DNA from: Peribolospora baueri
Taxonomy: Eukaryota
Direction of reading: 5' to 3'
NCBI GenBank assembly: GCA_029717555.1
Contig: JAMDHS010000054.1
Coordinates: 124,001 to 154,785, forward strand
Length of the DNA stretch: 30,785 bases
Under the pieces are notes generated by a model, which did not search any database, was not told the origin of the DNA, and saw nothing but the letters and a program-made list of their open reading frames with translations. The position numbers were made by a program, and so were the translations under genes. The stretch's first letter is position 1; every line of letters begins with the position of its first letter. Positions 10,037-21,673 of this stretch are shown piece by piece.

Positions 10037-10498
10037 CTACCCACTGCCCTTCCCCTCGTAGGACGATTGCCGCCTCGCCCTTGGTGCTCTTGTTTGATGG
10101 AGGCCGTCTACGAAGTGACGATTGGGGCAATCGTGCTAGCGAGGGCGGCTCCGCTGCGAACTCCGTCCGTCCCACGCACGGTTCGGTCTGCCGGGAAGCG
10201 GTCGCGCCGCCGGCCGCGGCACGAATTCGCAAGGTTCCGATTTGGCTGGCACAGTACATATATGGGGGCGGCGCAGCGGAGAAAGGCGCGAACAGGGAGG
10301 AGGAAGGAGAGGCGACCGATCCGTACCGTACGTAGGGATAGGCCACGAACAGGAAGGACGAAGAATTGAACAAAGGAAAAGAAAGCGGAGGCAAGCAAGC
10401 AAGCTAGCTAACATGCAAAGGACGGAAGGAAATCGCACGGCGGTACGAAGCCGCGTTGGTATCCTTTCTTCGAACGCGCTTGCGCTACTCGGCTCAGT

Positions 10499-13400
10499 TC
10501 AGTCTTGGCCATCTTCGACGCCGTCTGCGGGCTTTGTCTGAGCCGCCTCCGTGTCGGCCATCTCCGCGCCCTTCTCCTCCCCTTGAGTTCCCGTCTTCTG
10601 AGCCAACCATGTGTCCAAACGACGCATGCGGTGTCGCCTCGCTTCAGTGGTGCGCGCAGCCAGCTTTTTACGCTCCTCGAACGGCCGAAGACGGCAGAAA
10701 CGATCTTCGGTGCCTTGAACGAAGAAGAGACGGTAGGTGAGGAGACAGACCTGGCGGTAGAGAGGCGGGCGAGAGTCAGTCAGCAACACTTGCAACTCCG
10801 CAAGGAGGGAATCACCCCGGCACCAACCTTGATCTCCAGCCCATCGTCGGCCACCACCTGGGCATTGCTGTCCTCCTCACCACCCTCAGCTGTCTTGGTT
10901 CGTTTGAGGAAAGGACTTTTCGGCTTGCCACTGATACCCTCCGTGTCGCCGACCAGCGAGTACGAAGCGATATACATGCGCCAGCGGTCCTCTGCCGTCT
11001 GCGTGTCGTCGATGGTAAGGTCGTCCCGATGAAGAATCTGGATGCTTAGCGTCTTTGTCGGCTCAACCTGCAGCGCGCCGGGACAACGGTAAGGGAAAAA
11101 AATTGGGGGTCAGAACGATAAATGGAGGAACGCAAAAAAAAACATTCAAGAAGGCAAAGGAAGCGACGACACGGCGTCGGTGCTACTTACCCACTCGAAC
11201 CGGAAAAGGTTCTCGTGCTCCGTAAGCAGAGCCTCGACCTGCTGTCGAGACGCGATCTGCTGCTGATATGTCGGCATCTCCACTTCCCGGTCTCGCTCGA
11301 GAACGCCGAGAAAGTCCGAAAACCTGGCATCGGAGAGAATGGTCTGCACCTGCACGTTACGGAACAGCGGCAGATCGGGGTCACTAAACTGATCTCAAAC
11401 GGCAACTACATCGGATCGGAACCAATGAGGACACTCACCATCTTGAGCATCTGCGCAATGACCTTGTCAACGGTAAACATGATGTACCCATCGATGTTGT
11501 ACATGTACCTAACCGCCTCCTCGAAAACCGCCTGATCTATTTCACCGTCGAAGAGCTTCTCGCAGAGCTCGAGGAGATGATCATAATACCGAGCTGCGGC
11601 CCGGGCACCGGCGTCGATGACGGCAACGGGACCGGCAGGATCGTGCAAGCCCAGTTCGAAGGCCCGAGGTGGAACGCGGGGACGGACAGGGTCTGCATTC
11701 GCCAATCTGTAGCTCAGCACTTTCATTCGGTGTAGTCGGTGGTAAAGCAGCTGGGGAGGACATGGGACGATGGCGAACGCGCAAATCAGCATCAATGCCA
11801 TGGGCGAGAAGACGAAATCCGCCACCCACATGGAACAGTCGAATGAAGATGTAGAAGGACGTGTTGCCAAAGAAGTGGTTCTTTCGATAAGCTTTGGGCG
11901 CAGACTCGGCCGCCTTGCCATTCGTTGACGGTTCGACGGTGCCTCGCAGCGCCGAAGTTGAGATCGCCTCTTCGGCTGGAAGGCCCGCTACGTCGATGCG
12001 AACCCAAGTTTTTGTTTTCGTCGCCTCTTGCGGCTCGCCAACTGGACCATCCTCCTCCTCAGCGGCATGATCTGCAATTGCGGGCGAAGTGGCTGCGGCG
12101 TCATGGACGTCTTCCTTCTTGTCGATTTCGACATCGCCAGACGGAATGGCACTTTTCGGGGCGGCTGCTTTTTCGTCGACTTCCATCTCTGCCGGCTCCG
12201 TAACGTCCGCCCCCTTGTCCACCGCGGCGACGCCTTCTTTCTTGTCATCCTCCCCAGCTTCGTCGTCCTCCTTTTCGCCCGCATCGTCAGACGGAGCCGT
12301 TGGATCCTCGAAACTGTTCAGAGCATCGTCGAAGGCTTTCCGAGGCTGGCAGATGAGGAGCGGCACAAAGTGGCGCAAGAACTGCTCTATCCTTTCGCGG
12401 TCCGCCTGGCTATACCCGCCGGAGGAACGGTCGAGGAAGCTGAAGATGAGCTTGAGAAGGTCGGTGAGGGCGGCGAAGTCATCGATGACATAATCGAGCT
12501 GTGCCCGCGAGCCAAGCCGGGGCATGGACGGATCGGCAGCAAGTCTGCGCTCTCTCTGCTGGTTACGTACGGTCTCGATCTCTTGCACTAGCGCCTTAAC
12601 GGTGAGAGACTTCTTGTCCGTTTGCTTAAAGTTGACACCCTGATGGTCGAGGCTCTTGTAATAGTTGCGGGCCTCGACCTCACGCCAGACCTTGTTCCAC
12701 TCACGCTGGGCGCGCTTCCACTCCTCGTCCTTCTGCTTCAGACGCGCCAGCACGACCGGCACCGCAACCGCAGGGTTGTCATGCAGAGCTTGTATGACTT
12801 CGAGGCCTTGCTGCCTGCCGTACACCTTCTTGATGATGCGTTGGTAAATGCTCTTGCTCTGCCCGCCCAGGCCAGGCTTGAGGCGGAAGTTGGCACGCTC
12901 TTCGTAATCCATCTGAGCGATACGAGCGTTGATAGGCTCCAAGAGGGCGATGGTGCGAAGATTGGCTTCGATGTGGAAGTCATATTCGTGTCGCTCCTCC
13001 TCGCAGCGATACAGAGCATCCTCGAAAACGTTCTTGCGGTGCGAGTTGAAGCCTTCACCCTCAGCCGCCCAAGTCGGGTGTGCGACCCAAGTGTCGTTCA
13101 AAACGTCCCAGCACATAGGATCACGTCCAGAGCACGAAAGGTTCACCTCCTACGAGCGCAGTCAAGCACGACCGAGGCAATGGAAGGAATCAGCGGCAAA
13201 GGAATCTCAACTGACTCTCGAAGCGTATTTGCTCACCGACTTTGGGAGCTTGCGATAGCTAGCGCCGTACACCTTGCAGGAGCCCAGGTCGAGCTTAGGC
13301 CTGTCCAGCGCAGGTACGTTCTCGATCACTGCACCAGTGGTGCCATCGTCAGCGCGGAGCCAGCCGTGTTTGGACTGACTGTAGCCGACAAGCTCCTTGA

Positions 13401-15594
13401 AGAAGCTGAGTAAATTGCCGCTACCAGCCAGGAAAGGGGTGGCCCGCTCGACCAGGGTGCGCACATCGATGATGTCTTGTGTGTAGAGGTTGCAGAGCTT
13501 GAGAAACTCGTGATATGTTCCTCTGTCGTCGATGTGCTTCTTAACGCGATCGAAGAAAGCGATCTCCTCCATCGATGCCAACGGTGCGCCGCGGGGTGGC
13601 AGGGGGACGCCGTACATGGCCCCCGGCGGAGGCGGAGGCATAGGAGCGCCCACATACGGCGGGGGATACGTCGGCGAACGTTCTGCTCCGGTCATTGGCA
13701 GCATAGGTCCGCGAGCAGCTGGACCAGGCGAATCGCCTTTGTGATGGTGCTTGGCCTTCTTTGTCTTGCCTCCGGCGCTTACGCCCGCTGCTTTACCTTC
13801 ACCACCCTGAAGAGCACTGCGCTTCTTTCGGCTCGCGGCCTGACCACGTTTGCCTCCCGGAGCGGCCTGGGCGCCTTCCTGGCCAGGGCGACCGGGCGTG
13901 CCAGCAGGCGCCATCATACCAGGCTGCGAAAGACCGGAGGTCATCTGGCCGATCATGCCGAAGATGCCTCCTTGAGAACCGGAGGTCTCCTCGCCAGCGG
14001 CCGAGGTGTCCGGCAAAAACTGCTTGAATTCGCTCAGAAGGTCCGGAGCGTGGTTGAAAAGTGTCGTGACTTGAGCATAGACCTGTAGAAGTATCCGAGA
14101 GGCGTACGTGAGACCAAGAGTTACACCTTCGTCAATCACCTTTTTCCGCGGCAAGCTGTGGGAAAAATACTCACGTCCTTGATCGGTCGTTGTTCCTTCT
14201 GATATGTTTGCAGGATCTAGCCACGGGGACAAGGGAGCAAACGATTCATGACGTTCAGAACGTCGTCTGCAGATATCGCCCCGTGACCGTCGAGCTCACG
14301 CACCTCCAAGAAAGCTTTGTATGTGTCTGGGTCTGACGCGAACCGCTGCTTGATCTTGTTGACGTAGTTAATCGCATGGTTGAACTCCACTGGGGGGCGC
14401 TTACCATCTCCACCGCCATCACTGCCCGTCGTGGATGCCGCGGTGCCCGCTCCAGCTGCACCAGCCCGTTGCTGTGCAAGTCCGCTGTTCAAGACATGAG
14501 CACCGCTCGTTGCACCAGGTGTAGCAGGACCCGAAATCCCGTGCGGGGCCACGGGGGAGCCGATGGGCGCAGCCCCAGACGGAGCATGCGCATGCGGATG
14601 GGCATGCTGGAGGGCGGCGATGGTGCCCGCAGGAAGGCCGGGAGCAGGACCGTGCCCAGGCTGAGGATGATGCTGGTGCTGATGTTGCTGGTCGGCGGGG
14701 GTCGCAGGCCTCTGCTGCTGTTGCTGCTGCTGCTGCTGGACGGGCTGGTTGGCGAAGGCGCCCTGCGCAGAGTGGCTCGCCGTCATAGCGTGCCCACCGG
14801 GCGGATAGACGCTTTGTCCAGGAGTTCCGCTTCGCGAGGCGTAAGGAGGAGGCGGAGGAAGGGAGGGGTGGCGATGGTTGTTCGCTGACGTGCCGTGGGG
14901 GCCGTGGGAAGCCGGATGTTGATGCTGGTGGTGTTGATGCTCACCTTGACCTAGCCCTCCGGCACCAGCGGAAGGCGCAGAAGGCCCTCCCGAGTGATCG
15001 ACGCCGGCACCGGCCGAGATGGCACCCGCGAGACCCGCACCAGCGGACGATTGGGTCGTGGTGCCGGTGGGCGTAGTGACGGTGATGAGGTTGGCTTCGT
15101 GAGGGTCGGTAGAGCACTCGATGCGATAACCGGGAGGGAGAAAGGTGTTGAACCCCTGGATGAGCGCTGGATGGCCGCGGAAGAGGGTAGACACGCGTTC
15201 GATAACGCCCGGCGTGTCGATGCTGGGTGCGAGCAAAGGGGATCCGGACAATCGAACCGACTGATGAGTGACCCTTTATCTACACCCCACGCCGACCGCC
15301 GACGCCGGCACGCGTACCTTTGACTCTTAAAGTCTTTCATAATATCAAGGAACTTGTTGTAGACATTGGGTTGTTGGTGGAACTGGACCTTTACCTGGTC
15401 CAGGTAGGAGAGCGCATCCTTGACGTTCAGCGTCGCCTGCAGGAACAGGGCATGAAGGGGCGGGGCATATGAGCGAGGTGAGCTACGATCGAGATCGGTA
15501 GCGACGTGGAAAGCAACCAAATACAGAGACGAGGCAAGACGAAGGGGCTTCCTTTGATGCGCGCACACGTTTCTCGCCGTTCGACGCTCACCAT
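10499..15594 (-). CDS. SIN3: Sin3 transcriptional co-repressor / histone deacetylase complex scaffold (~1403 aa)
   Basis: Exons 15594-15592 (ATG only, tentative), 15436-15318, 15222-14304, 14216-14175, 14082-13237, 13149-11830, 11750-11439, 11349-11191, 11067-10828 and 10750-10499 total 4212 nt in frame. PAH1 [43 protein letters not shown]2 [17 protein letters not shown]3 [40 protein letters not shown]-terminal [20 protein letters not shown]. Confidence 0.95.
14712..14738 (-). repeat. (CAG)n tract encoding poly-Gln in the Sin3 PAH1-PAH2 linker
   Basis: ctgctgctgttgctgctgctgctgctg on the + strand encodes QQQQQQQQQ on the - strand. Confidence 0.85.
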
Positions 15595-15988
15595 CGCGGG
15601 CGACGTTGCTCAACCAGGAAGCTAACGGTCGCTGACTTCCGTCACCTCGCGTACGCGTCGATGTTGTGTCTTCGATGATGTCGGCCTGAACGTGTCCCTA
15701 GCTGGCGTGAATACGATAAGGAGGCGCCTGAGAGCGTTGGAGCGAGGAGGAAGAGCCACTGGAGGTGAACAGTCGGCGACGAAGGGGGTGCTCGACGTGG
15801 TCGACCAAGCCAGTCCTCCATTCACCTCGTCCGCCCCCCCCATGATCAACGGCAAGCGTCGGGGTTAGGGTTCTCAACTGCGGCTCCTGTGAGGATTATG
15901 TCAGCTCTGACGGCTCTCGTCCGGCGCGTCATCTCGATCGCTTTACGCGCGGACGTGATAGGAAAAAATCGATTCCCGCGTTCTATCG

Positions 15989-18501
15989 CTAATACGTCAC
16001 AAAATCGATCGTTTTGGCGTCGATCAGCCAACGCCCTCTACCTCCTCGGCCGGTCCACTCAAGCACGCGTAGACTGGGCACGCGACGCGCAAACTTGCGT
16101 ATCTCTCGCTTCGGAGGGATGCTGGCCTCAGCCGCTGAAAGCGCGCACCGCGAGCTCGGCGTCTCTGGAGAAGACGGATAGCCGGCAAAATCCCTATGAC
16201 TTGCCGTCGGAGAGATCGACATAGTGGTCGATGACACTTTCATGTCGTCGCTGCGCAAGCACGTTTCAGGTGACGATACGCTCGTCCTGGGCGTGCCTGA
16301 ACCAGAGTTATTCAAATCCTCATCCGCCCTCGTTACCCCTGAGCTATCCGTCGTCGTCGTCGTCGGCGTCGAGTAATGGCTACCCGAGCCGGCCCTTTTC
16401 GGTGTCTGTGGGGAGCGGGTGAAGAACTGCGGCGAAAGTGCGGCAGGAGCGCATTGGAAGGCTGTGGAGGGAGATGCGTCTAGTCCAGAGAGCACTTTGC
16501 AATGCTCCAAGGGAATCGTCACACTGAGCTTCCTCAGCCGCTTCAGGGGCAGAAATGCGGAAGACATTGTGAGCTGTTCGAAAGAGAGAGGGGGCGGACG
16601 CAAGCGAGCAAAGTTACGACGGTTAGCTTCACTCCTTAATGGTGGCGCATTGATGTGTGAATAGACCAGACTCACCAAGGTCGAGAACGTTGCATTGAAC
16701 ATGATTTTCAGCGCCTCCAGCTGTGACAGATTACTAGCGAGCAAGATCTTCAGTTCTTCTGGGTCGATCGACCAGAAGTCAAGGTCGAGAATCCGCAGCC
16801 GATGACCGTGCTCGGCGAGAGATCGGATGCCTTCCCAGGGTAGAGCCCGAGGTAAGACGATAGGATCGATTGGCGCTGCCGCCGCGCTGACCAAATGCAT
16901 TTCAGATCCAACTTCGAACGGTGAAAGAAACTGTCCAAAAGGCATTGATGCTGGCAAGATCCTAGTGACCGAGAAGACGGTCAGACCGCATTCAGCCGCG
17001 GAGAGTACGGAGAAGATAGAGCTGAGATGGTCGGACGTCCAGGAGTGATGAGGCCCGACCTCGCTGAAGCTGACCTGAAGGCGCTCGAAGGAGGGTGGGA
17101 GGGAGTCGACCTTGCTCCAGAATGACTTTGAGAGTCGACCTGGCGCACATCACAGGAAACGAGTTTGAAGAATCATGCATGTATTCGGTCGGTCAGATGA
17201 GAGGAGAGCGAATTGGAAGCATAAGTCATCTCACCTTGGACCTCAACCAAACGCAACGACTGCAGATCCGCGCAACCCTCCATGATTAAAGCGAGCCCTT
17301 TATCGCTCGTTTGAGTTCCTTGTGTGCGGATAATTAACTCTTTGAGACCTGTGAGGGGCGGACGACAAGAAGAGTAAGGTTTTGAAAGAAGGAGCTCTAT
17401 TTCAAAGATTGTCCCAGCCTGAACAAAAGGGGAACGTTATGCCAGTGCTCACGATCACAGCTGTCGGCTATCACACCAAGCAGGGTATCACTGACGAACA
17501 CGAAGTCCAGAGCAAGTCTCTCCAATGAAGAGCAACCACGCAGAACGCCGGCGAGAGCACGGCTGCCTTCGAGGGAAAGGTGGCAGAGATCGAGTTCACG
17601 CAGGTTAGGCAAACCTGCTAGTCCCGTGGCGTCCCAACGATTGAGGGTGTCGACCTTGATGGTCGCCGATCCCAGGTCCAGACCGAGACCGCCATCGCTT
17701 GATCCTTCGGAGTTGCCAGAGAATCTCATAACCTCCTCATAGGCAAATGGCCGCGGACGCACGACGAGTTTGTTCAAGGTGCCCGACAAAGTGTTGATAA
17801 GGCCGACGAAACACTCTGGCGGAGCATGCCACGATTGCCAAACAAAGGTGTGCAGCAAGGGAAAGTACGAGACGATGCTGTGCAGGGCATCGGCGGAGAG
17901 TGGTGAGTGCTTGGTGTCAAGAGCAGCTGTCTGGCATCCGTTTGTCCGGAAAGGCAGGCTTGAGGTGAGGAACGGTGTCGGGGCGTTTATAACGAGTGCT
18001 CGCACAAAGTCGGCATACCTGAGCAAAATTTCGTGAACAATGCAGCGTCATACCTACCTCCAGCAATCTGACCTCCGGTAATGATATGACACATCTCTCC
18101 CACTCTGAAAGCAGAGTGGCCAGATTTCCTAATCTCACCTTGGCAGTCTCGCGCTCCGCATCTTCCTATCAGAGGTTAGCGACGCGGTGGAGTCGGGGAT
18201 GCTGACCTCATGGTATAGTATGCGGCAGGCGGCGTTGTGAATACGGCCGTTGACGCAGAGCAGACTCGATGCCGATGAAGGATGGAGGGTGAGAGTGTCC
18301 GAGACGATGTCTGGCGAGGAGCAGAGAAAGGCGCCGAGAAGCCAAGCGGGGAGGAAGGAACAGCAGACTGCAATCAGAACCCAAGACGGCCAACAAAGGA
18401 ACGTCCCCCTCAATTGCGCGAGAGCAAGACGTACGGTCGAGGACAGAGTCAGGCAGGTCCATGAAATGTGCCGTCTCCGGACATTTTGAAGAAGAGGCCA
18501 T
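15989..18501 (-). CDS. F-box-like / leucine-rich-repeat (RNI-like) protein (~655 aa)
   Basis: Exons 18501-18435, 18310-18139, 18018-17453, 17348-17235, 17139-16676 and 16573-15989 total 1968 nt with consistent phases. N-terminus HFMDLPDSVLDHIV...SLLCVNGRIHNAACRILYHEVSI resembles a fungal F-box. LRR units: LPNLRELDLCHL, CSSLERLALD, CADLQSLRLVEV, HRLRILDLD, LKRLRKLSV, VPSLRVLEW. Confidence 0.75.
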
Positions 18502-19106
18502 GCCGGCAGTGGAAGGACAGCTGAGGGAGTATGACTAACGGGTGTTGGTTGATGAAGCGATGCAGAGGAGATGGAAAGGGAGAAGTACGTGTAGACCGAT
18601 GGTATCGGAGGAACGGAGTGGCGGAGAGGAAAGAAGGCGGTCAAAAAGGAGGATCGACGTTGTCCACTCGCCGCCGAGGCAGTCTCGCTTTCCCATTCAG
18701 CAGGCGCGGAGACGAAGGAAATGGTCTGTGCGCCTTTCCACGTGTGCAGCGACGATGGGCGTGTAAACAAACGCGTCTTCTGCGCCGTCCTATTGCTGGA
18801 CACAGGGCGAGGGGGGATGGGGGACACAAGTGAGGGGTATGCTCGAAACCGTTGAACACAGTACAGTACAGTACAGAGCGAGGCCTGGAATGAGGTGGAA
18901 GCGACACACCGACTTGACAGAAAGACTGAAAGAAAGAAGAAAGAAAAGAACGGAATGTCGGGGACTGGATGCAGGCGGCGGGCGGAAGTACGACATCAGA
19001 GCGCAAGGATCAATAGCTCGCCCGTGAACATGGAGCGAAACGGAGTGGATATGGCGATAAGAAAGCGACAGTGGGCGGCCGCATGGAAGGAGGCGCACAT
19101 GCGCTT

Positions 19107-19201
19107 CTACGTCGCGTAATCTCCATGGCCAGACGTGATACGCTCCAGTTCGGCCTGCACCTGATCCCAGTCTTCGAGGCCCAGTCCTCTCGACACGTAG
19201 A

Positions 19202-19246
<45 letters not shown>

Positions 19247-21065
19247 TACGTATATCGTCCGCGCGATGCCCCCCTTCAGCAACGGTGGGATGCCCGCCAT
19301 CAGACGTCGCAGACCGTTCCCGCTGTCTTCCAGGGTCGTCCAACATGTCATCCTCCTCATCGCTCCCCTCCGAGTCTCCCTCGTCGGACTCGCCAGAATA
19401 CCTCGCGTGTGAATTGGACTTGCCGGAAGACCGAGTGGGAGAACGCAGAGACGACAGGTATTCGTCCTCCGAAGTCGTCCGCAACCGTCCGCTGTAGTAG
19501 GCGTGCGAGGAAGGCTGGTGCAGAAAGTGCTGTCCGCCGGCCTGCGAGCTCTTTAGCCTGTCGCCGACAGACAAGGTGGATGCGGCGCGCGTGGAGGACG
19601 CGTTCGGTCTCGCAGAGAGTGGCATCCAGCCACGTCGATTCGCCCGAGAACTGATTGTAGAAGCCGTAGACGTACCCGTCGGCCCCCTACTGCCAGCAAC
19701 GCCAGCGCCACCTCCCGCCCAACCCAATATTCCGCCAACAGTATTCGCGGCCGTGCTCCTGCTCATGCGAAGGCATCGCAAGAGACCATCTACCTCGGCT
19801 TGGGCATCGTCGTCGCTGTTGACACCTGCCAAGATGCTCATCATCTGCAAAAGGCGAGCGAACGTAGTTGCGCTTGCAGGCACGAGCGTCACGGCATTCC
19901 GACCGAACGTTGCACCTGTACCAGCAGAGCCAGGGGTTCGAAGCATGCTCGCCTTGGAGGGAGAAGGGGAGGGCACGGTGGAGTTGGAGGAGAACCGTTC
20001 TTCCGACAGAGGCGGAGGGGTGTGTAAAATGGTAGGCGTCTGTGGCCGCGGTGGCGTTGCGACCGAAACGCCCGGGGGCATCAAGCCTCCGCCCCCAGCG
20101 CCATGCCCTGTTCGACTGCCAGGGCTTTTGCCAACGGGGGAGCCGGAAATGCTGATGATCTTGCTATCGCTGTTTGTCCTGCCGTGCCGTTGCCACGTCC
20201 CTCCTCGCACAGACCTCGGACCGGCAAACCGAGATGCGACATCAAAAGCAGAAGGGCCCTGACCGCCGAAACGCCGCTCGGTGGGATCTTGTGGAGAGTC
20301 GACCACTGGCTCCGGGTCGTAAAGTCTTGAAAAGACAGACGAGAGGCGAGGGAGCATGGGGAAAATGACGCAGTTGCGAAAGCCGGTGAGAACAATCTGT
20401 CGCACATCCAAGCGACCGCCAGCCGTGAGAACGGTCAACGCCGCTGCCGTCCCGCTGGACGCGGACAAGGAGGAAGCCGAAGCAGTCAAATTGGCGGCCG
20501 CCTTGGAGTTTTTGCCCACCAGGAGGCTTTGAAGCACGGGGTTCGTCTGGACCGGAAGAAAGACGCCTTCGATGTAGGGGAGGACGGTGCCGAAGAAGAA
20601 ACTCCAAATCTCGACCATGCGCGTGACAAGATGTTCGTCATCAAGCATGCTGACCTTTGCATTGAGCGTGTACATGCCCGTTGTTACCAGCTTGCTCAAG
20701 TCCGTAGCAAGCGTCTCAAGAGCGCGGCCAGGTGAGCGGTCGAGGAGTCGCCGTATGTGGAGGCTGACCAGAGCGTTGAGGTCCTCGATAGGGTACTTGA
20801 GTCCTTCGCCGTTGAAGAGTGGCAAGACTCGGACGCACACCGTCTGCCACGCGTCGGAGTCGCCGACGATGTGATCAGCACCAGCAGCAGCACGCTCCAT
20901 CTCGCGAGCCATAGTCCGAGCGTCGTAAGCGCTCAAGGAGCGAGCGCTGGCCACGAGGGTCGAGGAGGAAGACGGGGCGAGGGTCGACGTCGAGGAAGAT
21001 GTTTGCGAAGGGTAAGGGCTCGAGGACGCCGACGGCCCTCCACCCGCGGCGGACATGGCTGCCAT
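19107..21065 (-). CDS. HbrB-domain protein, Bit61/PRR5(Protor)-like TORC2-associated subunit (~652 aa, intronless)
   Basis: Single long ORF. First in-frame ATG is at 21065 (the track start at 21167 is TTG). Conserved block DAWQTVCVRVLPLFNGEGLKYPIEDLNALV...LVEIWSFFFGTVLPYIEGVFLP-like...LDVRQIVLTGFRNCVIFP...RLLQMMSIL is typical of the HbrB family. Confidence 0.8.
19203..19244. repeat. Perfect (GCC)14 microsatellite encoding poly-Gly14 in the HbrB protein
   Basis: 42 nt of uninterrupted gcc; the - strand reads RSGGGGGGGGGGGGGGVY. Confidence 0.95.
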
Positions 21066-21673
21066 GGGGAGAAGTAAAGGTAAACTCGGATTGCGATGGA
21101 AGAGGGCGAGAACAGCGTACGGAGACGACGGTGGTGTTGTGTCGACCGGCGACGTGATCCTCGACAAGCGCTGTTCACCCCCTGTCTGTCTGTCTGTCCG
21201 TCCGTCTGTCTCTAGAGTCTGCCTGTTGTGCCCGTGGAGGAACGGATGTGATTCGCAATGTATCCAAAGGGCTTTGCCTAAGGATAGTCACGTGCACGTG
21301 AGCCTCCGCTTCAAGCAGCCCCTTTCACTTGAGCCACGTGATGAGCGGGCGAGGGCAAGCCAGAGCCAAGTCAGCCCCGTCAGTTGGTCGTCGCCGTCGT
21401 CGTCGCCGCCGCCGTCATCCAGAACCGAGCACGTTCTCAGACGAACAACTTGCTATCGGCCTTGTCTGTTCCCTTGCTTCACCTTCACCCTCCTTCCACT
21501 TGACTCTCTTTTTATTCTCCGCCTCTTTCTCTCTCCCAACCGCCCCTTATCCCGTCCAGTCTTGTCGACGCGGTCGATCAACACGCTCTCGCCGCGCGTC
21601 CGTTTCCTCCCTCCCCCTCCTCCTCCCAGTCTCCCTTACTCGCACCTCGGCGCATCGGCGGCGCCAATCAGGG

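Noticed and set aside
10037..10498. Possible 3' LTR or polypurine tract after the integrase fragment (purine run ~10290-10312)
   Set aside because: No TG...CA boundaries or second LTR copy found in the window. The region could equally be the SIN3 3' UTR.
12028..14888. Long + strand ORFs 12028-12591, 12622-13413, 13477-14088 and 14376-14888
   Set aside because: Antisense to Sin3 exons and explained by codon bias; no recognisable domains.
21066..21167. N-terminal extension of the HbrB protein given by the ORF track
   Set aside because: It begins at TTG. The first ATG is at 21065 and no upstream coding exon could be supported.
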